Assembly: GCA_013239625.1 (NCBI GenBank) | Contig: MU053216.1 | Span: 1,638,943-1,702,942 of the forward strand | Origin: Lama guanicoe | Lineage: Eukaryota | Length of the DNA: 64,000 bases | Direction of reading: 5' to 3' | Shown here: positions 1 to 11,595 of the stretch, in pieces | Numbering within the stretch: the stretch's first letter is position 1 | Layout of the letters: each line of letters starts with the position of its first letter | Made by a program: the position numbers and the translations under genes | The notes under the pieces: model-generated | Seen by the model: only the letters and a program-made list of their open reading frames with translations | The model's database searches: none | What the model was told of the DNA's origin: nothing

Positions 1-314
1 AGAGCCACCGGGGCCGCTGTTCTCCAGGTCCCAGGGAGTCCTGAGGTCTCCCCGTCTTACAATAAAAATAACATTTCATTTCGTTTATGGAAGCACAGTT
101 GAAGACCTCCTAGTTTTGCAAAATAGACCCTTCGGGGACTACAAGGCGGAACAGAGCTCTGACATCCACGCTTAATGACTCACGGCTGATGCTCCCAAAT
201 ACCAAGCAAACAACGATTACGACAGCCTCTCAGGGCCCAGCCCCCAGGCCCCAAAGGGAGACTCCCAACCAGCGCTCCCTCGGTCCAGACGGGGAGCGCC
301 CCGACCGGCGGCCC

Positions 315-604
315 NNNNNNNNNNNNNNNNNNNNNNNNNNNNNNNNNNNNNNNNNNNNNNNNNNNNNNNNNNNNNNNNNNNNNNNNNNNNNNNNNNNNNN
401 NNNNNNNNNNNNNNNNNNNNNNNNNNNNNNNNNNNNNNNNNNNNNNNNNNNNNNNNNNNNNNNNNNNNNNNNNNNNNNNNNNNNNNNNNNNNNNNNNNNN
501 NNNNNNNNNNNNNNNNNNNNNNNNNNNNNNNNNNNNNNNNNNNNNNNNNNNNNNNNNNNNNNNNNNNNNNNNNNNNNNNNNNNNNNNNNNNNNNNNNNNN
601 NNNN
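315..604. other. Assembly gap (290 N)
   Basis: Run of N; ORFs crossing it are artefacts. Confidence 0.99.
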
Positions 605-1057
605 CATGCGGAACACGAGGTTGTGTGCCTGACACACAGTGAGGCCAAACAAACCAAAATGTCGGAGTCTGGACCAGAGGGAGGCTTACTGCAGGGCCGA
701 GCAAGGAGAACCAGTGACTCACGCTCAGAAACCGCGAGCTCCTTGCAGGGGTTCAGCTGAGCCTTCCCACAGGCCGGCTGAGGGAGGGGCGTCCCCGGGT
801 GTGCGACCAGCTGTGACCACTTCTCTGGTTGGTTGAGCGTGATCAGTCCTTAGGCGCCAGGAGATCTGGGGGCCACGTGCTCATGATCATCAAGCAGATA
901 ATTTCTTCCCTTTGGTGGTGGTTTTAGCATCTGAAAAATTCAAGAAGCCTGCATGAGATACTATCATCTGGGTCCTTCAGAGAAAAGCTACAGCTGAGGA
1001 CATAGGGGAGGGGTCTGTCCTGTCCCGGGAAGGCCCCAGAGGTCCTGCTGGGTTACA
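605..1057 (-). mobile_element. Solo LTR of an endogenous retrovirus (probably ERV1 class)
   Basis: Minus strand starts TGTAACCCAGCAGGACCTCTGGGGCCTTCCCGGGACAG and ends ...CTCCGACATTTTGGTTTGTTTGGCCTCACTGTGTGTCAGGCACAC at the gap, matching my recollection of a laurasiatherian/artiodactyl LTR family; subfamily not assigned. Confidence 0.7.
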
Positions 1058-1070
1058 ACCTCACCTGCGG

Positions 1071-1243
1071 CAGTGCTTCGCCCCTTGACCCACGTGAAAA
1101 CCACCAGGGAGCTTTTCAGTGTCCCGATGCCCGGGCCTCTTGCCAAGACCCTGACAGATTCGATCTGGACTGGGCCCTGGGTGCAGGTGCATTTGAAAGG
1201 CTCCTCAGTGCTTCCTCCGGGCAGCCAGGGTTGGGTGCCCCCA
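1071..1243. mobile_element. Degenerate MER5-like hAT-Charlie DNA transposon relic
   Basis: CAGTGCTTC...CACCAGGGAGCTTTT...GATGCCCGGGCC...AAAGGCTCCTCAGTG...GCAGCCAGGGTTG follows the MER5B layout; highly diverged. Confidence 0.5.
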
Positions 1244-3348
1244 ACATAGATGCGTGCTTTTTATATTTCAACAAACATTCTGAAGACAAAGCCCAGTGGT
1301 GCTCTCAGGCTGCATCGCAGAGCTCGTCCAGAAGCTCCTCAGAGCCCGGCGCCAGGCCTCTGGCGCGCACTGGCAATGACCGGGTCTGACAGCGGCGCAG
1401 ACTGGCCTCCCTCTGCCTCTCCGGGGGGAAGCCGTTCTCTCTGGGGTCACAGGGCATACCTGTTGGGACCCACACTCTTAGGTGGGAGGGCGGGGTGCCA
1501 GGTGGGCTGAACCAGGTACGTCCACAAGCAACGTGGCCTCTCCAGGGCCCGTGAGCCTCTAGCGAGTCCCCATCTCAAATCCGGGAGAGACCCTGTTCCC
1601 ACAGCCCTTCAGACACAGCCCCGGGGCCTTCGGAGCGCCTCGTGGAGAAGCAGGCCTGGTGCCCTGAGCGCTGCCCTCGGACCTCGGAGCCTCAGGACCA
1701 TCCCAGGCCCCCTGATCGAGGTCACTGTCTTCCCCATCAGGGCCTCAGGGCCGCTCTACCTGCTTCTGGCTCAGCCTGTCACAACCCGTTCTCAGGTTAG
1801 AGGGATCATTAAAAGAAAATCACGGGCCATCATTCCCCTCCAACAAGCCTGCAAACGGCTTCTCGTCAGACTCAGAATTACCTCCCAGCCCCTCAAGCCT
1901 TCCAGGGCCTCGCCCGTCCCCACCTCCCCGCCCTCCCCCTGCAGCCCCGTGGCCCCCGCTCGTTCCTTCGTCAGGTACTGGAGACATCGCCCCCAAGACG
2001 CTCAGAGGGTGCTTTTCTCTGCATCCCCATGGGGGGACGGGCTTCTCTCATGCCAGGACCCGGTGCTGGCCGCCGAGGTGTCCCTGCTACCTCCCGGGAG
2101 TTCCACTGCGTTGAGGGGGCACCACACACTCAAGGATGCCAAGGGACAAACCGGAAGGTGTGTGCCCCAAGTTCTCCGAACAGGTAACTCAGAAGAGCCA
2201 GGTCAGCACATCAGAGTCTGAAGCGGCCCTCCTGCCGGGCGGAGCGCGGCCGAGATTTCCGCTTGTGCAAGCAGGTTCTGGGAAAGAAGTAATTCTCTCT
2301 TCAGGAGGCGAGCCGCGCACGGGCTCAGCAGTAAATCCAGCGTCTTTCACCAGAAGATGGAAAGGGAAAACCACACGGGAAGTGCTAACCGCACGCCGGC
2401 CGCGCCCGTCTCCCCCGTTAGTGCTTCGGGGCCGTGATCGCTCCGTAACCGCTCTCAGCTCTGGAAAACGCCTGGTGCTTGGTCTACACAGCAGGAAGTA
2501 AACCAGTGGTGGTCTGGACAGACCCGTTTTGACATAGCACAGGTCTGCCCCCCACTTTTATGTCTCTCAGATATCTTCATGTAAGTTAAACTAGATACAG
2601 TTCTAACTCCACATAATGTGGACACATACAGACTAGAGAAGGAAGCCACCCGTGGTCCCACCGCTCAGAAAAGTGAATGACTTTTACATTCCTGTGTGGG
2701 AATACTCAACAAAATTTAAACTTCTTTTCATGTTTACGAAAGAAAGCAATGCATCTTCACCACAGACATTTTGGAAAATGCAGAAAACTGGAAAGAAGTA
2801 GAGGAGGAAACAGCTCATAGCACAGGTTTGTGGATAAAGAGTATTTCACCCCGACAGACGTGGGCCACAAAAGCGGCAGGCTAGCTGAGAAACCCCCAAT
2901 AAAAAACCCCAAATGCAAATGTCCTCCTGGGCCTGAAAGGAGAGGCACGCGTGGCCTCTCTGCTTCCGCTGTGTCTTCTCGCTTCCAGAAACGCTGGGGT
3001 GACTTCGGGCCAGGAGGATGAGCTGAACGGCTCGGAGTCACAAGAGGTGACGGCCAGCGGCGTGCGTGTGCATGTGTGTGTGTGTGTGCGCCTGTGCTTG
3101 CGGAGGGATGGATGGGGAAGGGAGGGGGCATGCTTGCACAAGCATTCAGGGTGGGGGAGGGCAAGGGGAGGAGAAGGGCGTGAGGGGTGGGTGCAGGCTA
3201 CAGCGGTGGTCCCGTGAGGGGTCCTGGCTGGTGAGAGGTTGCTCTCTTGGGACATCTTTCAGGCACTGAGGTCCTGGATCTGACCTGGGGCCCCTGGGGT
3301 GCAGGACCATCTGGGCCATAAGTGCATTCTCGTGAAAATTGTGAAATG

Positions 3349-3612
3349 AACTCCCAGTTTATCCCTTCCCACCCGCTTTCCCTGCTGGTAACCATACGGA
3401 CGAGATCTGAGAGACCAACTACTAGATACAAAATAGATAAACAAGGTCCTACTGTGCAGCACAGGGAGCTATATTCAATACCTGTAGTAAGTAACCTAGA
3501 ATGAAAAAGAATATGAGAAGGAATATATGCATGTGCATGTATGACTGGAACATGACGCTATACATCAGAAATGGATGCAACATCGTAAGCTGACTGCACT
3601 TCCATTAAAAAA
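3349..3612 (+). mobile_element. L1 3'-end fragment with 5' inversion
   Basis: 3401-3612 is the L1 3' UTR (ACTGTGCAGCACAGGGAGCTATATTCAATA...A tail); 3349-3396 is the immediately upstream L1 segment in reverse orientation; TGAAATGA flanks both ends. Confidence 0.8.
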
Positions 3613-6600
3613 ACTGAAATGATCCCCAAGCACGTACGTTATTTTGTCGCTAAGTTCTTGGCCTCACTTCGTTCTAAAGGAATCTAACGAAGCACCTAAC
3701 ACGTTTCTCTGTGATGCTAACGCTGTGTCTCACACGCACCTAGTGGGCATTAGAAGCATCAATATCAAATATCAAGTATTTCCAGCCTTGCCTTTTAGCC
3801 TTAACGGCCCTGCACTGTAAAATCAGTAGCGTGCTTCTCGAATCTTAGAAGGAATCTTTGCAGGAAAGAAACAAAGGTTTGGATGGGTGAGAAAACAGTA
3901 GTTTGTATTTTCTGGAATTAAATATTTTTCACAGAAGGAGATGTTCGTTGGCAGTTTTTGCGAGCTGACCCTGTTGGCTGCTCTTGGGGCATTCTTTCTG
4001 CACGGCCAGCCCCCCTGCTTTGTCCCTGTGTGTTCATTTAGTAGCAAGAAGTGTCCTCTCCAGCCGAGTACCGGGCGTTTCAGGTCCAGGTGCTGGTCAT
4101 CTAACAGTCAAAAGGACGCTTGGCTCCTCCTCCCACGCAGCCCTTAAAAATCAGTGTGTATTTCAAAGACTAGAACGCTCCATCATTCCTAGAAATTCTT
4201 CATTTTTAGTCTGCAAGCTTAAAAAAAATAGCCGTTCAAAATGAAGAAAGAAACACATAGACTAATTTCATCACCCACAAGAGGGGAAAAAAGTCTGTTC
4301 TCTCATAATAATGTTTAAATTTATGTAGAAATAATAAGCTTTGTCCTTTGTCTACAGAGAACAATAACACAGCCTGTGGTGAGCAGAATTTCTCTCTTGC
4401 TAAACCGTCCTAACTGTTTATGACGGCGAAAAGACGGGTATCATTAACCTTGGGTGCTGACAACTCAGAACTCAGGGGCATGAGGCAGAGAAATGGTAGA
4501 CGTGCCCCACCCGAGTCTGAGGGTGGATGAATCCTATAAGCCGTCCTCACGAGTTCCTCCTGTCACCGGGAAGGGGTTCCCCTTGCATTTTCACAGAGAG
4601 GGTTTGGTTTTATGTCCCTTCTCTCTGAAGTTGAAGTCAAAATTGTTTTTTAGGAAAAAAAAAAGATCTATATACCAATTAAAGTATTTTCCAAGGTCCT
4701 GGAAACCAGTTTGTAAATCTATAATTTACTGAACCGTTTTACCTCCCTTGTAAGTGATTCCTGTATAAATTAGAGATGGAATCCTGATTAATTTATTTTT
4801 GCTGCTGTTCTCGGAGTTTAAAAGCTTTCATTCCTCAAGATCACCCTCTTCATAAATACTGCCAATAAATTTCAGCACAGACGACAGCTCGAACTCGTTC
4901 CTCCTTTACAGGGGGATACAATCGGGCATTCTAAAGCAAATAAAGATTCGGTGACCCCAAAAGTGTATCAGATTGAAATCTACCAGTAAAAAATGCAGTG
5001 CTACCAGAGAAAATGCTCTGCGGCTGTTCTCTGCTTTGGACGCACAGAGCACCACCACGAAGGTGGGGCGAGATCCGGCCTCAGGGCGGCATGCATTAAT
5101 TCACTTAACATTGTTTACATATGTTGATCTTCTCATGAGCACACTGCTGAACTACATTAGATCTACTCAATTCCATTGAGAGTACTGATTTGGAGGGTGG
5201 GGGTGGGAATCAACACAGTGAGACGATCTCTTCCCCTCTTAGAATGCCCGTTAAAGAAACCCGAACTGCGCTGACGTAAAGGAGGGTGCTTCCTAGCGTA
5301 CACCACGTATCGCCATGATTCAGGAACCTCCACTCTCGTCCCAATCGAATTACCTGACCTCATCAGGCTTGAATGCCGGTCCAGTCCCGTTCTGTGCAGC
5401 GATCACGCCTCTACCAGCTTAAACCCCCCTGTTTAGTAACCAGACGTGGCTGGAAAAAAAAAGGGACTAATCAAAACAGAACTCTCTTGATGATATGTTA
5501 CCAAAGTGGTAATATTATAATCCAATAATTAAAACGTGGGTGAAAATTTTCGTAAAGATAATTTTCAGTTGCTATGGGACTGGCACTTCAGACTGTTTGA
5601 GCTAGCTGAAATATTTTAGTAAAACTCGGTAGATAAATCCAACACCCTGAATTCCCTTAATAGCTGTTACGATTCTGACATTATCTTATTTTAAAGAAAT
5701 TGCTGAAGATTGGCGGAGACGAGCATGGATGGCTATCATAGAACCTGACAACATCTATGCGGGTGGAGGGGGGAGTCACTATATTTAGAAACGAATGCTG
5801 CCCCCCCAACCCCATTCTCAGGTGAAATGTGTGCGTCCCGGGAGCCGGAACATCTGTTTTTCGCTTTTGTTCCTCTTCGCTGAGTTTCAATTGGATTTCC
5901 TCGAGCAGGTCCCAGGCCTGTCACCGCGGCCAGGCTCTGTTAACCATCGCCTCTGGTCCCACATTAAGGAGGCGGTTCAGGGCTAAGCTAATAACTCGCC
6001 TGCCTCTCTGACTGATCACAGGGATGCTCTCCACGGCGGCTCCATCAGCTCCTCTGGGAGGGTGCTCCTCTTTGTCTGCACCTCTGGGGGGAACTGGTCT
6101 TGTCCCCCCTGTTCCTGGAGTCACATGTGAGGAGGCAGAGCTCACTGCTGCTTCCGTGGCCGGCCAAGGGAGGCTGCGCCTGTGTCCCTACCATAAGAGT
6201 CGAAGGAACTGCGGGTCATCTGTCAGTGTGTCCTCTCTGCAGGAACCCCAGGTGTCACCGTATGTGACCACCCCCTTCTCTCTTCCCCGACCCTGAAACA
6301 AAGAAAAGGACCTGCCCCCGAATATGATCTAAAGGGGGCTACGCGACTTTTAGAGGGAACAGGACTTGAATGTTCTGAATCGTGGTTATGATTTGGCATA
6401 AAACCACAAGTGGAAAAGGCCTGCTCCTCCCAGGGCAGTGCACGTGCAGCCCGCGTCCCTGGAAGTGGGCTGGGGACGGTGTTGGAAGGAGGCAGACAAC
6501 GGTCAAGATGCTTATAAGGTCTTTTATACAATTCGATGGCCTCACTCTACACGCGTTCCAGGCTGACCACAAAAAAAGGGGATGTCCACATTCAAGGGTA

Positions 6601-7300
6601 AATGAATGGCACTTAGGAAGTTTGCTAACTGGCTAGGGGAAAGCGTTGAATTTCTTCCCATCCCTACTTTCCAGGTGGCTTCTCAGACAGCAAAGACGCC
6701 TGGGCTCCATCCGGCCCGGCAGCCTGGGCGTGACACCACTCTGGCGTGACTCCGCAGCTCGGCGCTGGGAGAGGTGAGGCCCTCGGTCCAGCCCGGACTG
6801 CCTTTGACCCTGGCAAGGATGCTCTCGGGGGCGGGCGTCTCACCGGGGGTTCTCCCTGTTGCCAGCCTGGCCCTGGTCCCCTTGTGGCTCTGTGGCTAGG
6901 TTTCACCTTGCAGGTCCTGGATGAGTTCCCACCCTAGAGCAATCAGGTGTGTTACCGAGCAGTGGAGATGGCGTTAGAACGCAGGGTGCTCTGACCACGT
7001 GGCGGTTCTCTCCTGGGGAGGGGGGGCTGGCAGGGGGAGAGGGCGTTAGCCAGATTCTGACCACTGAAGTCATGAGTGACCCATGCCTGGGTCTTGCTGA
7101 ATGTAACAACAGACCTTTGCTCTGCTTTTACTGCCCACTTTGCATACACATTTTATAAGTACTTCTGAAAAAGAACTCACTTTAGGAATTAAAGTGTGAA
7201 AATCTTCTCCTTAGCTGGGGTTTTAAAGCCCAGAATTACATTGTTAAAGTGGTTTAAGCTTTAAAGAGAAAATAAGTCAGCAACACAAAGAATCATTGGA

Positions 7301-7898
7301 AGCAGCACTATGTACAGTAGCCACGAAATGGAAACAACCCAAGTGCCCATCGACAGATGACTGGGTAAAGAAGCTGTGGAATATTTATACAATGGAATAC
7401 TACTCAGCCATAAAAAGAATAAAATAATGCCATTTTCCAGCAACATGGATGGACCTAGAGATCGTCATTCTATGTGAAGCAAACCAGAAAGAGAAAGAAG
7501 AATACCATATGGTATCACTCATATGTGGAATCTGAAAAAAGAAAAGGAGAGGACACTAATGAACTCATTTACTAGACAGAAACAGACTTGCAGACATAGT
7601 AAACAATCTTACGGTTACCTGGGGTGGGGGAGGGTAAGGGAGTGGGTGGGAAGGGATAAATTGGGAGTTCAAGATTTGCAAATATAATCTACTATGTATA
7701 AAAATAGATTAAAAAACAAATTTCTTCTGTATAGCACAGGGAACTATATTCACTGTCTTATAATAACTTTTTTATATCTTGTAATAAGCTTTAATGAAAA
7801 AGAATATGAAAACGAACATATGTACATGCATGACCGGGACACTGTGCTGTGCACCAGAAACTGACACATTGTAACTGACTAGACTTCAGTGAAAAAAA
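7301..7898 (+). mobile_element. 5'-truncated L1 (end of ORF2 plus 3' UTR)
   Basis: ACAATGGAATACTACTCAGCCATAAAAAAG, GCAACATGGATGGACCTAGAG and CACTCATATGTGGAATCT (ORF2 C-terminus), then an artiodactyl-type 3' UTR and a short A tail. Confidence 0.92.
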
Positions 7899-8680
7899 TT
7901 GCCTTTGGTTTTACAAAGATAAGTGAAAATCATTAAAATTCTTCAATAGAACGAATTATGCAAGGATTTTTATGTTCTTTTTTCATTAAACGGTGAGCAC
8001 AAAATAACTTACTGGAATGTACGGACAGGCCCTGGGTGAGCATGCCACTGATGGGGGAAGGGGTATTTTCACAGAACCAGCATTTCCCCATCCCATCTCC
8101 ATCTGATGTCAATCAAAACATACCATTGGCCATTCAGTTTAGAAAAATGCAACGTGCTTGTTCACGTACACCAGTTACTTTATGTACAATAAAGGAATGG
8201 GGAAAGGGAAAATGAAAGCAGAGGAAACTACTGTAGCAGCCAGGATGTGGTGGAGCCAAACGAGGTTTTCTAACTGAGAACGTCTTCCTGGTCTGGAGGA
8301 GCAGGATTCTGGAGTCAAGGGGCAGGTTCCCCTTTCAGCAGACACCTCCTGTCTGCCGCTGGAACACATCCATCGTGTCTTCAGCCTCCATTTCCAGCTG
8401 TGCCGCTGTGTCTGTTTCACTGATTGGCTGCCCGTCAAATCGGAATCCGCTCTGCCTCACTGATAGACCCTGTCTGTCGTCCACAACAGGCTTTCCTCAG
8501 TTTACTCAGTGGTGTGTTCCTCTTGATCCGAAACTGCACTGCAGAACCATCCTGCCCCACCGCCTTCAAACCAAACGATCGTTGCTCTCGGTCTGGACCC
8601 CTTCCTGGGGCTTTTGGGGGACGCTTCACAAAAGAGGTAGCAGGTCCACGCAAGCAGCATCAGGACCGGCGGAAGCAGCC
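7897..8680 (-). pseudogene. SUMO2: Processed SUMO2 pseudogene (5' UTR, disrupted CDS about 8615-8335, most of 3' UTR)
   Basis: Minus-strand translation gives [32 protein letters not shown] and, after a frameshift, [36 protein letters not shown] (stop 8335-8337). Intronless, ATG region deleted, one 1-nt deletion and one 4-nt ACAG duplication. Flanks resemble SUMO2 UTRs as I recall them (CCTCTTTTGTGAAGCG; CCTTTATTGTACATAAAGTAACTGG), favouring SUMO2 over SUMO3. Confidence 0.93.
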
Positions 8681-10998
8681 CTTCCTCCATTAAAACAATG
8701 GTTTTGTTTGAATGATTTCCAGAACGACACACATCATTTCATGAACAATAAATGAGGGGAACTGGTAGCACTTTCTGCTTTGAGAGTCATTTTCTTCTTG
8801 TTTCAGGAGTTTGTTTTCCTTTGACACAGTTCTCCGCAGGCACCAGTTCAACGTGCACCCTACTCTTTCCCTCCTTGGCACTGCATCTTAAGCGGAGCGT
8901 TTGCTATGGTCTTAAATAAGACTCAGAGGCAAGACTTTTAGCGGCTCTGTAATGTGCCGCCCGGCGGGTGGCCCAGGTCACCCCACAGCGCGTACTCTGA
9001 AGTTGTTGCCAGTGTTTCGCTGGCAAAGATGTTCATATGTGGAAACACTTTAATAAGTAGGATTTTCTCCATGTTACTGTCCCAGAATCACTGAGTTAAG
9101 GAGCGTACGAAGTTGGAGAAGTCTGAGACTCTTTAATTTTTCAGTAACAGAAAGAAAGCTCTCTTTCGATGTTTTAGTTTAGCAGAGGAGCTAAACCTCT
9201 CCTATGGTGAAGCGGCCGATCTGACCCACATCTTATTAATACATGCAGTGGTTCCTGGCTTATTTCAGAACCACTAAGGTGGCAACCACAAAGGAAACTT
9301 AAGAGCGAAAAAAAGCACCATCTCATACTTTGCGTTCAACACAAAGTCCCCAGGAGAAAAAAAGCCTGATTCATCTCCCCAGACCGATAAATTTGGCCTG
9401 TGAAGACATCGTCAGGAAGGCACGTGGCGTCGGGAGGGTGCAAAGTCAGAGCGGGTGTATTGATAGGTCTGTAATGATATGGAATTTATTCTGGGGGTGA
9501 GGTAAAGGTTAATGGCTCGTAAATAGCAGATTCATTATATTTTTAATACTCGGGTTGTATTAACACCATATAACATCTTTATGGTACCATTAGTAGCATT
9601 TAAATCCTCGACTCGACTTGACAAACAAACATTTCCAAATCTTGGCCGTGAAATGATTAGCCAGATAAAATGTTTTAATAAATATCATTGAATTAGAACA
9701 TGGTTGGGTCATAAACTGTCTTATAAATGTTTTATGTCATCTGTTACACTGCATTTTTAAGTGTTAACAAATTAATTTGTTTTAAAGGCCACATCAAGGT
9801 GAAAACACCTTGTTTTCACTGAGGCATTAGGCGGGGACAATACATCATGAAGCCATTTCTCATTCAGTCATATCCGTGGCAGAAGAGATGTTAAGATGTA
9901 AAATGTGGCACGGTTTGTTAAATATTCACTTATAATTTGCATTCGTTATTAAATTATGTGTTGGGCCAATCTGTAATCTTACAAATACATACAGTGTCAT
10001 AAAGCTCTCCGAGTGCACAGTAAATATTTTATAATTCAGTGTTACTGTACGCTTTGACGAGAACGCACAGATGCTCATCAGTAACGCTACTTAATTATCC
10101 GGGGGGATCTGATCTGCATTGCTGTTGACCTGGGTGACTCATTCCAGCCTTCAGGTCACTAAGACGAATCCATCTGGGGACACCATCGCTTCATGCCCAA
10201 CGGGGACCCAGCTACTTACCCAGGGAAACAGCCACTGACTGCATAAAACCACGTCCACACAGAGTGGTGACTCTGGGCTTACTTCTGGGGGGTCTCAACG
10301 ACTTCACTTTCGGTTTGGAAGCTTGAGAGTTGAAATCCTCTAAGAGTCAGACTTCGAACAGACTTCCCCAGAGTACAGCCAACCCCAGGCTAAGCACTTC
10401 CCACGCTCCGATAGCCACGTGCTTGATGAGGCCTTATCGCCCTGATACTCAATTTGCATTTGGTAACTGAAAAAGGGCCTTGTCCCGAGCAAGCTGGAAG
10501 TGGCGGAGGGGTGATCTGTATTACAGTAGCCTGGTAGCCGCCCAATGAACCATGTAAAAACAGTTCATTAAAATGTTTATGTGCTTGGCTGGTTAATGCA
10601 AAGAAAGCTTCACTGCAGCCTGACAAACCTTGGTGACTCCGGGATGGAGCGCGATCAGTGCCGCACCGGACCTCAGGCACGCGCTTCGCCTCTCCGCCGG
10701 GAAAGGAAGACCAAGAAACCTCCCTTTCCTCCTCGTTTCTGTGACTACGTGTTGCAGGTTTTTGCAGCTCATCTGGACCCTTTTCCTTTTAGCTCCTTTT
10801 AAGGCAGATGAAATATTCCAACTTCATTTGTAGGCAATCTGTAGTCATTTTTGGCATCGGACCATGACGTGTTGTTTGTAACAACAGTGACCACGTGACG
10901 TTTCTGCACATCGGCATGCCGACACCTCTGTCTTTTGTTTGGAATTTAAACTTTCATGGAATGTCAACTATACTAACCATCAAAAAATAATTAGTGTT

Positions 10999-11119
10999 GG
11001 TGGAGGCAGGGTGTAGCTCAGCGGTAGAGTGTGCACTTAGCATCCTGGGTTCAATCCCCAGTACCTCCGCTGAAACACAAAATAAATGAATCTAATTACC
11101 TCCCCTCCCCCAAACAGAC
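10999..11119 (+). mobile_element. tRNA-Ala-derived SINE (vic-1-like)
   Basis: GGTGTAGCTCAGCGGTAGAG (A box), GGGTTCAATCCC (B box), tail motif CTAATTACCTCCCC; flanking direct repeat CAAAAAATAATT. Confidence 0.85.
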
Positions 11120-11224
11120 AAAAAATAATTGGCATTAAATTGGAAAACAGATACGTTAACTTGTGGACTAGCTAGTTCCTCCTTTTTGCTGCAATAGTTT
11201 GGGAGGTGCAAGGACATACTTTAA

Positions 11225-11312
11225 AATTTTATTCTTATTTATTTATTTTTGGGGGAGGTAGTTAGGTGTATTCATTTATTTTTAGAAGCGGTACCAGGGA
11301 CTGAACCCTGGC
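11225..11312 (-). mobile_element. Partial tRNA-derived SINE (3' half)
   Basis: Reverse-complement tail (T-rich, GGGGGAGGTAGTTAGG) and B box (GGGACTGAACCC). Confidence 0.7.
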
Positions 11313-11471
11313 GTGCGCTGCGCCCTCCCCTGGGGAAGGACATACTTGAAGCCCAGGAGGGTAGAATGAGAAGACTGCAACTGTCCTTTCCTCTACACTG
11401 ACATTGAAGAAGAAATACTCAGAAGCCACTGGGTCTGTAACAAGCAACGATGTTTTTAAAAGCCTCCTGGT

Positions 11472-11595
11472 GGGGGCGGTGTAGCTCTGTGGTAATGCTC
11501 ATGCTGAGCATGTACCAGGTCCTGGGTTCTCTCTCTAGTACCTCCATTAAAAAAATAAAATAACATAAAAAAGAACTTCCCTAAAACTAACAAAA
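11472..11595 (+). mobile_element. tRNA-derived SINE, degenerate
   Basis: GGTGTAGCTCTGTGGTAA...GGTCCTGGGTTC...TACCTCCATTAAAAAAA. Confidence 0.8.

Noticed and set aside
180..722. ORFs spanning the first gap
   Set aside because: Mostly X residues from Ns.
4871..4891. RE1/NRSE (REST) site TTCAGCACAGACGACAGCTCG
   Set aside because: Mismatches at core positions in both half-sites; not supportable without binding data.
8335..8653. Functional SUMO paralogue
   Set aside because: No ATG and two frameshifts, although the QTGG end is retained.
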